Source: Trypanosoma brucei
Taxonomy: Eukaryota
DNA length: 64,000 nucleotides
NCBI GenBank assembly: GCA_000002445.1
Contig: AE017150.2
Coordinates: forward strand, 96,001-160,000
Reading direction: 5' to 3'
The position numbers and the translations under genes are program-made. Position 1 is the first letter of the stretch. The number at the start of each line of letters is the position of its first letter. Below are positions 1-11,533 of this stretch, piece after piece. The notes beneath the pieces are model-generated. The model saw only the letters and a program-made list of their open reading frames with translations. It ran no database searches and was not told the DNA's origin.

Positions 1-902
1 CAATTGAGCGAACTGCGGTTGTGTACACCTTTGCGTCTTCAATATTGTAACCTCTATAGCTCATAATGCATACCATTGTATTAATTCCCGCATCTAATAT
101 TTTGTAGTTGCTTAGGTTCATAGCCTTCGTCCAGCAAAGGGATAGTTGAGAGTAAGCACTCAACATAAGTACTGTGTCCATTTCTAATGTACTGAATATA
201 CGCAATGGTTCCAACAGTTTGCTTGCCCATGGCTGACTGTAATGTGTTTCGTGCAAATTGATTGTGATGTGGAAAGGAGAATAATGCTAGCGACAACTCC
301 AAGTGAGTCTCGTGTACTGCTCAATGTCTTTGTGGTGAACTGCTATAAGATAGTCATTCGCTTCATCATATAAGTCAATGAATTCCACAACAAACCTTCA
401 GCTAAAATATCGTTAATCGAGCACTTGCCTGGACTCAAGTTATCCAGGTGTTAAGAAATTACGGCGTGTTTCCCATCGCTAACGAAAACATACAACCTCA
501 CGATCCTTCCGCCAACACAAACAATTTGAACAATATTCTGGCGGTCATTTATCGCAATAGAAACATGCTGATGCAAGCGGCCTGTGTTCCTCAGGGTTCG
601 TAATACATCCCAACACAAACGGCTCATGTATCGATAAACGCACATCAGCACTTCATTGAGGAAAACTGTGTAGTATTTAAGAAATTCGTTAAGGCTGATA
701 TAATCTATTTCCTCCACTCCAATATTGCACGCATCCGCATGTAAACAAACAAATTATCCATGTTGAGTGTTACCTGACTAAGAATAGCAAAATTATTAAC
801 CAAACAGCAACAACTTTTACCCTCTGGGGTATCGCAAGGAGGGATATACACCATTCCCCATTGACTTGAATAGAGAAATAATGATCCGCACATGTGGGTC
901 AA
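1..902 (-). pseudogene. Fragments of an unidentified pseudogene (copy of 10978..11533 / 10716..10937)
   Basis: Minus-strand ORFs 81..302, 451..717 and 705..902 are paralogous to ORFs at 10716..10937, 10978..11352 and 11324..11533. They are broken by frameshifts and stops and carry hydrophobic, membrane-protein-like segments. Family not recognised. Confidence 0.3.
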
Positions 903-1150
903 TAGACGAGGTCATGACCACTCCACTGCTGCCGTTACATATGATCACTGCATGGTTTTCGTATCAATGTTGATGATGATATGGGATTTGCTGCTGGAGG
1001 CAACCAACAACATAAGTTTAAGGTTCCCACGTGTGGAGAGAGGCCTAACTGCCAACCCTCAACCAGGATAACAGAAGTGATTATAAGGAAAGAGAAGACA
1101 ACATATCATAGCATGTTTGCACACCGACAAATAATTGAAGAAAGAGAGTA

Positions 1151-1170
1151 AAAGAGAGAGAGAGAGAGAG
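1151..1170. repeat. (GA)n microsatellite (paralogous GA-rich tract at 11771..11802)
   Basis: agagagagagagagagag seen directly. The copy in the second repeat unit is longer and interrupted. Confidence 0.8.
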
Positions 1171-2072
1171 GAAAATGGACACAATCACGTCACCAGCTGC
1201 GTGTCTGCGAAGAACACCATCAAGAGCTGCTCCATAACTGCAACCATAACTAACATGTATAATATAATTATAACAGCTCGTATATGAAACAGCAAATCCA
1301 GTAATTGCTTCTAATGTTTGCATATTTCGCTCCGTCACAATCTCTCTCCCATGACACCTACTGGAAATACAACTCAGAGGAGTTTTAGTTGAGGCATGTT
1401 TCCAATACGCTCTCTCTACCACGGATGGCAAAGAAGCAAAAAGTACTATTACATTTTTGTTCCTTTTATCATTGGCCTATAGATCCCTATCTCTACACTG
1501 ATGGAAAATTTAGATTGTATAAATGAAAAGAAGATGTGAAGAGTTAGCGTAGTATAATTCAATCCTTTAGTTGGTAATAGCACAAATGAAAACAAAACGT
1601 TATAATGTTTTCTTACGTCCGTCGATAACATTATATCTGTCTTTCTTTGTGACCCTTAAGATTACGATGTGGCTTAACTCCAGTTACACGTTAGCCTATA
1701 AAATACTGCACTCCTTCTACTTCCTCCACTACTTTGTCGTCTCGCCACGTTTCCTTGGAACCTTCATTACATTCATACCATGGCGTCCTTGCTGCACCCA
1801 AAAGAAAAAGCAGCCACACCTCCTTGCCCGCTGTGAGGTTACTGAATATACTTCGGACGTCACTGATTATGTGCACCTCTGTGTTACTCTTGTTTTGACT
1901 GCAGTCCGCTGAACTTGGTTTCCTTTCAAACTGCCACACCCCAAGCGCTGCCCACTGCTGAGGAGATTGAACCGCATATATTCACCTCCTTCCACAGCGT
2001 CCGTTGCGTGTCAAACAACAGCGACTGGCCTTACTCCAGCTATTGGGTTCACCTTCGCTTTGCTTTCATCGC

Positions 2073-4586
2073 TCACCTCCCCTGTGCCTTTTCTGCCTTC
2101 TGAAAGGCAATCATCAGCTGTGCATTCATTTCGTCCCTCAACGTTACCTGGAATTGTTCAATCGTTTCCCAAAATGTTTGCAGTTGTTCCGCCTGCCTGG
2201 CAGGGATAACTTCGTCGTCGTTCGCCTCACATTTTTGCCAATTGGTAATTACGGCGCCATCCACTGAGTTTATGTATATCATTTCCCAAGCCATGTTACC
2301 CGAAAACGTGTTCCAGTCGGAAAAATAACTTGCTATGTTTTCTCGGAATTTCTTCACCTTCGCCGTGGTGGTGGGGTGCCTGTCTAACTTGGTTATTTGT
2401 AAAAGGACAATTGTCTTCGGTTTTGGCGCTTTTTTCGCTTGCCTTCCAGGCGACATCGTGAAGCGCCCCTCAACGAAAAAAAAGCCATCCACCACGGGCT
2501 CGTTGGCAGTAGAGGGAGTGTAGAGCACCATGTATTCACACTTCTCAATTGGTTGCTGGCCGGCCGTTGGTAAGAACTCCGATCCAGTGAGGCACAACTG
2601 CTGAGGAGTCATGCTACTCAGTATACTTTGCTTTCCCCTCAGCTTCTCAGGTGGACGGAGGTGTCTCAAGTTCTTTGCCATCACCTCGAGAACTTGAGGA
2701 TTGACTATCGCAAACAACGCATGGCTTTCAAATGAAATGGAAGCGGCACTTCTGTTTCCCATCATGAGCTGGGACTCTGCTGTTTTTCGCGCAGTAATGC
2801 CAAGCAGCGCCCAAAGTAGCAAGATCCTTATGTGTCCGGACAGCTCTTTGCAGCGATATGAATCTCCGGAAACTCCATTTCCACGTGCACGGACTATCTG
2901 TACCAACTTGTGCGACACCTTTTCAGTTTGCCAGTTCACTGATGACCTAAAAAGATCCTCGTAACCACTTTTATCATTAGCATCGAGGCCTCTTATTTTT
3001 TTTGCCATAGCCTCCATTCGCACGCCGTGCCCCACAGCGTCGTAAACGGCACGAGGCACCGGGCCGGCCACTGCAATACGCTGCTTTACAGTTTCCCATT
3101 CGTCCTTTAGTCTTCCTCTTAACTCTTGTTTCGCCGTGTTGGATACCTTTTCACCTAATGCTACTGATAAATTCTTCCATGCCACAAACGCCTTCATGTC
3201 ACGCACATCATCGCAGTTTATAATAATATGGCGGCTTCCCGTGTCCTTTTCCCACTCCTCATAATGTGCCGTATCGGGGGAAGTGAGGACAGTTATACCC
3301 CAATCCAAATGGCGCAGCTCACCAGGCGGTATAAGTAGTTCGTTACCGATGTCAACAATGATGTGACCTCTTTTTTTCTCGAATACTAACGCAGCTATGG
3401 CGTCAACGGCATCTTCCGGGACTTTATACCTCTCAACCCTTCCCTCTTCTCCGGGTTTCTTGTTATATATTAGGTAAGCGATTTTACCCACGAAATACGC
3501 AATGACATTAAACATTCCATCATGGAAGTGAAGCAGTGAATAAAGCAAAAATGATCCAACACCGTATGATTTACCAATACCAGGTGTACCAATAACAATA
3601 TGTCTCGGTGTTATCCGAGCTGTCCTTTCCACCCACCATGTTTGCAGCCCTCGTTGAATTATATACCACACGCGCATAATTTCACGACGGATATACACAT
3701 GTTTATAAATTTCCTCGCACCTCTCAGTGTCACTTGTTTTAAACCTGTTGTATGGCCAACCTTCCTCCGAAGTGAGAACGAAAATCTCCAAACCATCGGG
3801 TCTCTCCTCAATCTCTGCATCAACATTGGTAGGATCAGGAGTTATATCCACCTCCGCTTCGGTCCAAATGCTCTGTGGTCTTCCATCGAACACTTTCATT
3901 CCAAGTGGCTCTCTACGATAACCCGACATTACATAACTCCATTTCGCATTATAAATGGAATCATATAATCCTTTCAGTTCGACAGCACCACCAGCTGCTA
4001 GGACAGCTCGCTTTTCCGCTCTCTTGGCGGCCGCCAACGCTCCATCCAACCTTCCCCTCGCCATGGGACCAACAAATTCTCTTATTTCCACTGTCCCCTT
4101 CTCCTCCCACTGACTGAGGTAGTAAATTTCCTTTTCATCAAGGTACTCTACCTTCTCAGACAGATCAATAGCTGTCTTCACTGTTTTAAACTCATCAGTG
4201 CCTTGTATATCCTCAAGAATCTCAGCATCAACAATATATCTTCTGGGATTCTTAACAAACAAAAACATGGCCACATTCTCTGTGTTATACGTGTTTGAGA
4301 AGTATTGATTCAAAAGGTCATGCAATTTCATATTACGCAGAACCTCATACCGTTGCAGCAGCGCATCTTCCAGCAGCACATTCCTCACCTTACTATCCAT
4401 CGTCCAGTTGGGCCTCTCTTCAGTTCTCTGCCGTATTTGTGGAGGCTGAGCAGCAGCAGCAGCAGCAGCAGCAGGAGGCGGTACATTTTCATCTCGCGGT
4501 CTCCTCATGGGCCCTTCAATATTACCTGCCACTTGTTGGTTTTCATTATTTCCTTGTGGAGCTGCGGGACTATTTGCTCTTGACAT
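2073..4586 (-). CDS. RHS: Retrotransposon hot spot (RHS) protein, apparently full length (837 aa), P-loop NTP-binding motif GTPGIGKS
   Basis: A long ORF shares a conserved N-terminus (MSRANSPAAPQGNNENQQVAG...PPPAAAA..QPPQIRQRTE) and a Walker-A motif VIGTPGIGKSYGVGSFLLYSLLHF with the two other RHS copies in this window. This is the domain organisation of the T. brucei RHS multigene family. No RIME is inserted at the hot-spot codons. Confidence 0.88.
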   Translation of the reverse strand: MSRANSPAAPQGNNENQQVAGNIEGPMRRPRDENVPPPAAAAAAAAQPPQIRQRTEERPNWTMDSKVRNVLLEDALLQRYEVLRNMKLHDLLNQYFSNTYNTENVAMFLFVKNPRRYIVDAEILEDIQGTDEFKTVKTAIDLSEKVEYLDEKEIYYLSQWEEKGTVEIREFVGPMARGRLDGALAAAKRAEKRAVLAAGGAVELKGLYDSIYNAKWSYVMSGYRREPLGMKVFDGRPQSIWTEAEVDITPDPTNVDAEIEERPDGLEIFVLTSEEGWPYNRFKTSDTERCEEIYKHVYIRREIMRVWYIIQRGLQTWWVERTARITPRHIVIGTPGIGKSYGVGSFLLYSLLHFHDGMFNVIAYFVGKIAYLIYNKKPGEEGRVERYKVPEDAVDAIAALVFEKKRGHIIVDIGNELLIPPGELRHLDWGITVLTSPDTAHYEEWEKDTGSRHIIINCDDVRDMKAFVAWKNLSVALGEKVSNTAKQELRGRLKDEWETVKQRIAVAGPVPRAVYDAVGHGVRMEAMAKKIRGLDANDKSGYEDLFRSSVNWQTEKVSHKLVQIVRARGNGVSGDSYRCKELSGHIRILLLWALLGITARKTAESQLMMGNRSAASISFESHALFAIVNPQVLEVMAKNLRHLRPPEKLRGKQSILSSMTPQQLCLTGSEFLPTAGQQPIEKCEYMVLYTPSTANEPVVDGFFFVEGRFTMSPGRQAKKAPKPKTIVLLQITKLDRHPTTTAKVKKFRENIASYFSDWNTFSGNMAWEMIYINSVDGAVITNWQKCEANDDEVIPARQAEQLQTFWETIEQFQVTLRDEMNAQLMIAFQKAEKAQGR
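4451..4474. repeat. (CAG)8 / (GCT)8 trinucleotide repeat encoding the poly-Ala tract of the RHS N-terminus
   Basis: Seen directly. The paralogous tracts are (CAG)5 at 15144..15158 and (CAG)5 at ~48646..48660. Confidence 0.85.
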
Positions 4587-7556
4587 AACTCTCTTAATAT
4601 TATTAACTTAACTTCCTTTCCTTTTCTTTTTTCTCTGAAATTATAAATAACTGAAGTAAAATAATAGATAAGGAAATAATAGTGTGTGAACAGTGTAACA
4701 CAATATCAAATGTGATAGAGCAAGATAATGTTTACTCACTATTGTTTGTATAATATGATATCATAATGCATTTGGTATTGAGAGGAACAATTTCAAAATA
4801 TAGCAGCTGTAAATAAATATTTCCCTTGCTTCATTATCATGTGCTAAATATAATGAACTTCATACATCATTTCTTTAACTATGAATAACATGCAGACAAA
4901 AAATATTACTGCCTCATATACCTGCATAAACACTTCGTATATATAATCAATATTTAAAGAGAGTCAAATTCTATCAATTAAAATCAAGTAAAACAATAAA
5001 CAATAAAAATATATATACGGATATTAATGAAGCGAAGAAAAAGAGTATCGGCACAACACATACATATACACACACATGAATACGCACTACACAATTATAT
5101 ATCCTCCCCATTTTTACAATACGTAACATTTACTTGCATTGAATAAACTCATTGAAAATATAAATCACTTATCCCCTCCCCCGTGTATTCACTTACTTCC
5201 AAAGGAGAATATTAAATAATGTCTGTAGGACAGGTAAAAAAGAAACTGATAGTCTTTTTGCATCAGATAACCAGAGAGTATTTCCGTTTACTTTCATAAT
5301 AAACAAAAACATCATTTTGCCTTCAGTTAAAATAAAATTGAATTACTTGCCTCCTCACTGTTCACAACTATCAACAACTAATTCAGCGACACAAATTCAC
5401 ATGTATTTTATGTGCCTTCGTTGTTTGATTCATTCACACACCTTTTATGATGGTGATTATACAACTTATTGTAAAAAATTGGAATAAAATTAACACAATT
5501 ATTTGAGGAAACCGTAAAAGATTATCATAACATATCTTTTATTTTCCCTCCTTTCATTTACACAGATTAAATATGTAATGATACAATTCCCTTTCAGTAC
5601 GTGTCCACACTTATTGTATCATCATTGTAAGTTTCCTATTGCTCACATACACAAAGTTATTGGAATAACAAAAAATGAAACAACACATCTAAACAACTTG
5701 AAACAATATATAATAAATAAATAAAGGTAATAGAGAGAATGAGCGTGAACAGACAGATAATAAAATGAAACACGTCTCGCATTTTCCTTATAAATATTCA
5801 ATAGTTGGCGGATTACAAAACAATTACACATTATAGAAAGGAAGGGATATAATTACATTATACACCTGCATGTGGATATGTAACAGTGAGTCATAGTAGA
5901 AATAAATTGCCTAAACACAATAGTTATGGAAGATAACATAATTCAAAACATCAATAATATTATTCTATCAACATTCCCTTCCTTCTCCATTAAGTTTCCA
6001 AATGGTTTCAAATAATAATTCACATAATTCCATACATATGTTATGACGGGCATTGCATGCAGTACAATTTAAAGGAAGTGTAACTCATATAACATTTTCA
6101 AAAAAAGGTATTGAATGGTTGTTTGCTACCATCAATTACATTTCCAATGCCTAATTACACTTTTATATGCATGAAGGAAGTTACTGATCATAACTTTGAC
6201 ATACTCGAGAATTCATAACACAAAGCAGCAGCTGCATGCAATAAAAAATAAAAATATAAATAACATCCGAATTCATTTACTGACAGATGAGTGCAATTCA
6301 TTCACCCAAACTTCATAGCTGTAAACATAAACTCGATGCTGCCAATAGGAAAAAATCCCGCATAAATATTGAGTATCTGAAAATGATAGCAACGGGTTTC
6401 CATTTTTGAAATATATGCATAAAATACATGAGGTATATGAAGCCATATTGGTAAAGTGTCACTACGCATGTTGCAATTTACTATCAAAAGTGTCTGCCTT
6501 ATTTTATTTCTTGTGTTAATGTAACTCATGAGTATTATTCATTATTCTTTACAATACAACTGTAAGTCATTTTGCATTTTTTTATATTTTCTTATTCCCT
6601 CATGCTGGAAGTGTTCCACATATGAGATTCCTCAATATCGTTCACACAATAAAAATAATTTCATTTCCTTCTGCATTCAGTTTCTTGTGTAGCAGTGTGT
6701 ACACTAATCATCCATAAAGTTTTTAATTTGCCAAATACATCATTACGAAACTATTTTCCACAAATAAACAAACAAATCATTGGGACAATATCTTTGAGAT
6801 ATTTCCTTCACTATATTTACAGTTCAGTAGTAATTAAAATACACTTTTTGTATAATTCAACACATGGTGGAATTGCAAAGAAATGTGATGGTACTTATAA
6901 TCAATAAGTTCCCAATTTTCCTCACATGGTCTCCTTTCATGCCTTTACATCCATATATAATTCACAGAGAATTACTGCAATTTCTTTCATATGCTTTCAG
7001 GATTCCATATGTCACAATACAAATTATATATATTTACAAATTTGGACATAATATTGCTTAACATATAAATTATCACAAACCTATGATATTACACTCCTCC
7101 TAAGAATAAGAATCAAATTATTTCTATTTTGCATCATTACATGAAGCTTTGGAAAAGGAAAAAAAAGAATCAAACAAAAGGTAATGTAAAGAACACAGTT
7201 TTTTAATACAGGTTAAAACTTGTTTGTGAGTGTCAGATGCGAACACAAAATGTTCAAACAGGAAAACAGTAAAGGACGGTACTGATAATGTAAGCACAAA
7301 TTAACCAAAAATAGAAACATAAATAAAATTTAAAACTTATAAAAACACAAATATATATGATACAAATATTTACCACATATTATAATTCGCCACCCTCACA
7401 CTTGAAATACAAAGAGGACATAACACACATATGTGGTAAAACTAATACAACTCGAATATACATATGTGACATCTTCTTAACATAATCATTCTAATATTTA
7501 CTCAGTATGTGTGTATGTCTGTGTATCTGTGTGTGTAGAAATGATGAAATGTAATT
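4587..7556. repeat. Conserved AT-rich RHS upstream region, copy 1 (paralogous to 15270..~18250 and 48774..~51730)
   Basis: Long near-identical alignment starts immediately upstream of the RHS ATG (aactctcttaatattattaacttaacttcctttcc...). Copy 1 loses homology after ...gaaatgtaat at ~7556. Confidence 0.8.
7508..7545. promoter_or_regulatory. GT-rich tract in the RHS upstream region (paralogous tracts 18222..18241 and 51706..51722); candidate GT-rich promoter element or simply a microsatellite
   Basis: gtgtgtatgtctgtgtatctgtgtgtgtag seen directly. It sits within ~20 bp of the breakpoint where copy 1 diverges from copies 2 and 3. Confidence 0.2.
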
Positions 7557-8738
7557 GTAACAAATCAGGCACAACACAAACAAAAAATATGAATTATATT
7601 ATTCTCTAAAAAGTAGAAGAATAAAAATCAAGAAATATTACGCAACTTTTCTCACAAGTAATTTTGTTTCTGTATATATATATATACATAACACGACAGC
7701 TGACAACATTAAACTCTCAATTCCATAATATCTGACACCTGAAGTGATAATTAGCAGCGGATGCCTCTATCAAAAAACAACAGAAATAACAACATCAAAG
7801 CATGTTTTGAAAGCTTAAATAAACTTCCTCATGGATAAACCATTTGTACAAAGTTTGAGTGCCAAGTAGGAGGAACAAAGAAAAATAAAAAAAGAAGAAT
7901 TAAATGGTAAAAGAATTGCGTGTGATATAACTAAAGGATTTGTTAGGCACTACACTCATTTAACTCCAGTTTCATAAAAATACTGCAAGGCATAATATTT
8001 ACTGCTTTACCGGTTATGTGCCTCCAGCAAGCAATAATAAATACTTCGAGTATTATTCAATTTCTGATGCTATGAAGTGTGTAATAAATTAGTGCGGGAG
8101 TAAAATATTCAAATGTTGGTGTTCAATTCAGATTATAAACTCTGCACTATGAATGTCTCTCGATGTTTATAATTTGAGAGAGCAAAAGTGACGGCGCTAC
8201 TATTTATTTCTTCCAGTTCATGAATACATACACATATATAAATATATTTATACATATATAATCAGATGTGACACGCAAAAGCGTTTAAACATCAGGCATG
8301 AACATCTTTCCATCCATTTAAAGTAAGACTATACAATAAGGTAAGTTTAGGATGAAGTGAAGGTATCATAATGTTAATATCTTCCTTCAAGCGGAGGATT
8401 CAATTCAAATAGGCGTACTTCACAAACAATAGTAAAATAACTGAGAAAACTTATATCACTTAATCGTTATTTCCTTCAATTCTTATTTTGAATCGCTCTG
8501 TACCGTCACACCTTCAATAAAGTATATAGTGACACATTTCACACATCCTCCCTAAGCCATCTCTCATAGTCATTAGCTCTCAACAGCAATAATAACAAAT
8601 AATGAATAGTTTAGTTCTTACCTTCCCTTTTTTACTACCGACAAGAAAGATATACGAAATAATTATCATACTGAATAAACAGTAGGCGTTCCTCATTATC
8701 CTACACAAAATATGAATTGAAACGATAATTTAGTAACG

Positions 8739-8769
8739 AAGCGGAAGTGTCTGAAAGCGTCTTTAACTC
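8739..8769 (+). other. Conserved ~29-nt motif AAGCGGAAGTGTCTGAAAG(C/T)GTC(T/C)TTAAC, copy 1
   Basis: 27 of 29 nt are identical to 40530..40558, and the surrounding sequences are unrelated. A poly(A) tract follows at 9096..9118. Confidence 0.5.
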
Positions 8770-9763
8770 ATCTCCTGTGCGGGGCGAAGAGGGTTGTGTT
8801 GTGTGGACTTTCTAAAAATTTCACTCCCTTGCAGACAGCTGCGTAAATAAACGGGGAGTACAGGTGTGTTTATAAAAAGATAACCGTACAAAATAATACT
8901 CTGCACTCCTAAGTCCAAAACAACCATTCGTAATGCAGGCTTTCAAAATACACGACATCATCTCAACAAATTGTAATTTTTTTTTGTATAATGTCCTCCA
9001 GAAGACGGAACAACAGATGACACAGTTAAATAACACATGACAAACAAGGAATATAACCGCACATCCTCAGCAGTAAATGTTTCAGTTTCTCCTTTAAAAA
9101 AAAAAAAAAAGAAAAATAAAACAGTTTCACACGTGTGGTCCAAAAGCTGCATCAGCCAATACAATATCTTGACAGCTTGTCACGCAGTATTGCCTCAAGA
9201 AGAAAATAAAACATTCATCTCTGCTTTCCGTTAATTGATAAATGAGATCCCATGCTGTGTTAACTCCCGTCTCCATTCAAATAGTTGACTCAACGTTATG
9301 ACGAGGCAGTGACCAAAAACAATCCAAATGCAATTCTAAATTTCTTCATATTACGTTTTCAGTTTTATTACACATTTCCCCAACCATTCCGAGTACTAAC
9401 AGGAATAATTTGGTTCTATAATAATGCATGTGTTTTCTACAACCCTTTCATTTTGTTATGATCCGCACAAAAATTATATATGTGGTTGTTGATTCGTCCT
9501 GTCAATCAAAGTAATATAATAATTAATTTTCCCCTTTTCTTCATTTTTTCTATTAGCACATGTGCACCTTGGTGAGATCACTTTCACTCATTTGCACTGA
9601 TTGGTCAACACTATTTAGTTCGTTATTCAACACACTCCCTTACATGTCCTCTTCTCACCATTTATAACCCACACGAGCAGCATCAAATATAAATTGTGAA
9701 GAGGTATGAGATCACAAGGAGCTCGCTCTCATTGAGAAGGTTGGATGCGTCATATATATATAA

Positions 9764-11533
9764 TCATGTAATCCCTTTCCATTTCAACAATACGCAAACC
9801 TCAACTGCGGAATCGACTTTGAATGAGTTGACCTCGTCAGCATGAAACGGGGCCCGCCAAGTGGCATGAACATTAATCTTATCAGTAAACATGTGTTTGA
9901 GGTGTTGGTAATAAATGGGGTCAAATAAAACATAAGTGCGTATCATCTCCCCCGTTATGCCCGAGTGGAAAATATACATCATCTCCTTGAATATAATTGT
10001 ATCCATGTTGTATCAATTCCTCATTCAGCTCTTCATCCTTATCGGTACCCAAAGGCATTGCCATCGCCTAACTTTTCCGTGAATGCACTCACGCCTTTAA
10101 GCTAACGAGTTCCAGCAACTTTCCATCTGTCATACGGCTCGGGAATCCATGAGAATTTATGATCATATCTGTGCAAATGCCTTTACTCATTGAAGGGCAT
10201 GTTAACACACCATCAGTGATGAGATCCACTACTCCCTCCAGCCCGTGCCGTGAGGAAAACTTATTTCAGACCTCGGGACCGCGAACTTCTCTCGTAGCAA
10301 CTTTAACTTTATTGTTATACATTCATCGATATATCCGAGTCACTGGAAGGTGAGAGATGACCACATTTGGTTCACAACAGCAGGCTGAGGGTATTTATTA
10401 TATTCAAGAAAATTAGGTCTTGGTTTCATGGAAGGCACGGGAGTGTATTTGTTTACAAAAATATCAAACTGACAAACAGCCGCACCTTTACTACTGGCAA
10501 TACCATCACTACTAAAGGCATTGTGTCTCGCAACATTTCAATCTGTTGGAAGAATTATATCATACATACTCACCGTTGGGAAGTCTTTCCAGTTCCATCT
10601 CATGCTTACAAAAAACAACACGCCACCCATAGCCACAATTGAGCGAACTGCGGTTGTGTACACCTTTGAGTCTTCAATATTGTAACCTCTATAGCTCATA
10701 ATGCATACCATCGTATTAATTCCTGCGCCTAATATTTTGTAGTTGCTTAGGTTCATAGCCTTCGTCCAGCAAAGGGATCGTTGAGAGTAAGCACTCAACA
10801 TAAGTACTGTGCCCATTTCTAATGTACTGAATATACGCAATGGTTCCAACAGCTTGCTTGCCCATGGCTGACTGTAATGTGTTTCGTGCAAATTGATTGT
10901 GATGTGTAAAGGAGAATAATGCTAGCGGCAACTCCAAGTGAGTCTCGTGTACTGCTCAATGTCTCTATGGTGAACTGCTAAAAGACAGACATTCGCTTCG
11001 TCATATAAGTCAATGAATTCCACAACAAACCTTCAGCTAAAATATCGTTAATCGAGCACTTGCCTGAACTCAAGTTATCCAGGTGTTGAGAAATTACAGC
11101 GTGTTTCCCATCGCGAACAAAAACATACAACCTCACGATCCTTCTGCCAACACAAACAATTTGAACACTCTTCTGACGGTCATTTATCGCAATTGAAACG
11201 TAAGGATGCAAGCGGCCTGTGTTCCTCAGGGTTCGTAATACATCCCGACACAAACGGCTCATGTATCGATAAACGCACATCAGCACTTCATTGAGGAAAA
11301 CTGTGTAGTATTTAAGAAATTCGTTAAGGCTGATATAATCTATTTCCTCCACTCCAATATTGTACGCATCCGCATGTAAACAAATTATCCATGTCGAGTG
11401 TTACCTGACTAAGAATAGCAAAATTATTAACCAAACAGCAACAACTTTCACCCTCTGGGGTATCGCAAAGAGGGATATACACCATTCCCCATTGACTTGA
11501 ATAGAGACATAATGATCCGCACATGTGGGTCAA
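9764..11533 (-). pseudogene. Unidentified degenerate pseudogene immediately downstream (3') of RHS #2; a related copy sits at 1..902
   Basis: A chain of minus-strand ORF pieces (9764..10006, 10538..10891, 10716..10937, 10978..11352, 11324..11533) in alternating frames. They include hydrophobic segments (AVRSIVAMGGVLFFVSMRW). The same pieces recur downstream of RHS #1. Confidence 0.3.

Larger units (their letters stand above)
1..2072. repeat. 3' flank of RHS unit; tandem duplicate of 10639..12731 (window start is arbitrary, so the repeat may extend upstream)
   Basis: Direct comparison: 1..110 and 10639..10748 are near-identical. The RHS stop codons at 2073 and 12732 keep the same offset (~10.65 kb). 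Confidence 0.85.

Noticed and set aside
2335-4588. Plus-strand ORFs (62-122 aa) lying antisense inside the RHS genes, and similar antisense ORFs inside LRRP (29345..32437 minus strand)
   Set aside because: Antisense shadows of long genuine ORFs, without start-context or conservation support.
5643-7061. Small ORFs (60-78 aa) in the AT-rich RHS upstream regions (for example 5643..5831, 6302..6529, 6864..7061, and paralogues 16990..17226, 50492..50728)
   Set aside because: The sequence is AT-rich and low-complexity. The ORFs begin and end at different points in the three paralogous copies, which indicates no coding constraint.
9096-9118. A15GA5TA4 poly(A) tract as a possible retroposon tail
   Set aside because: There is no recognisable RIME/ingi/SLACS body upstream and no flanking direct repeat. 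It is kept only as context for the 29-nt motif finding.
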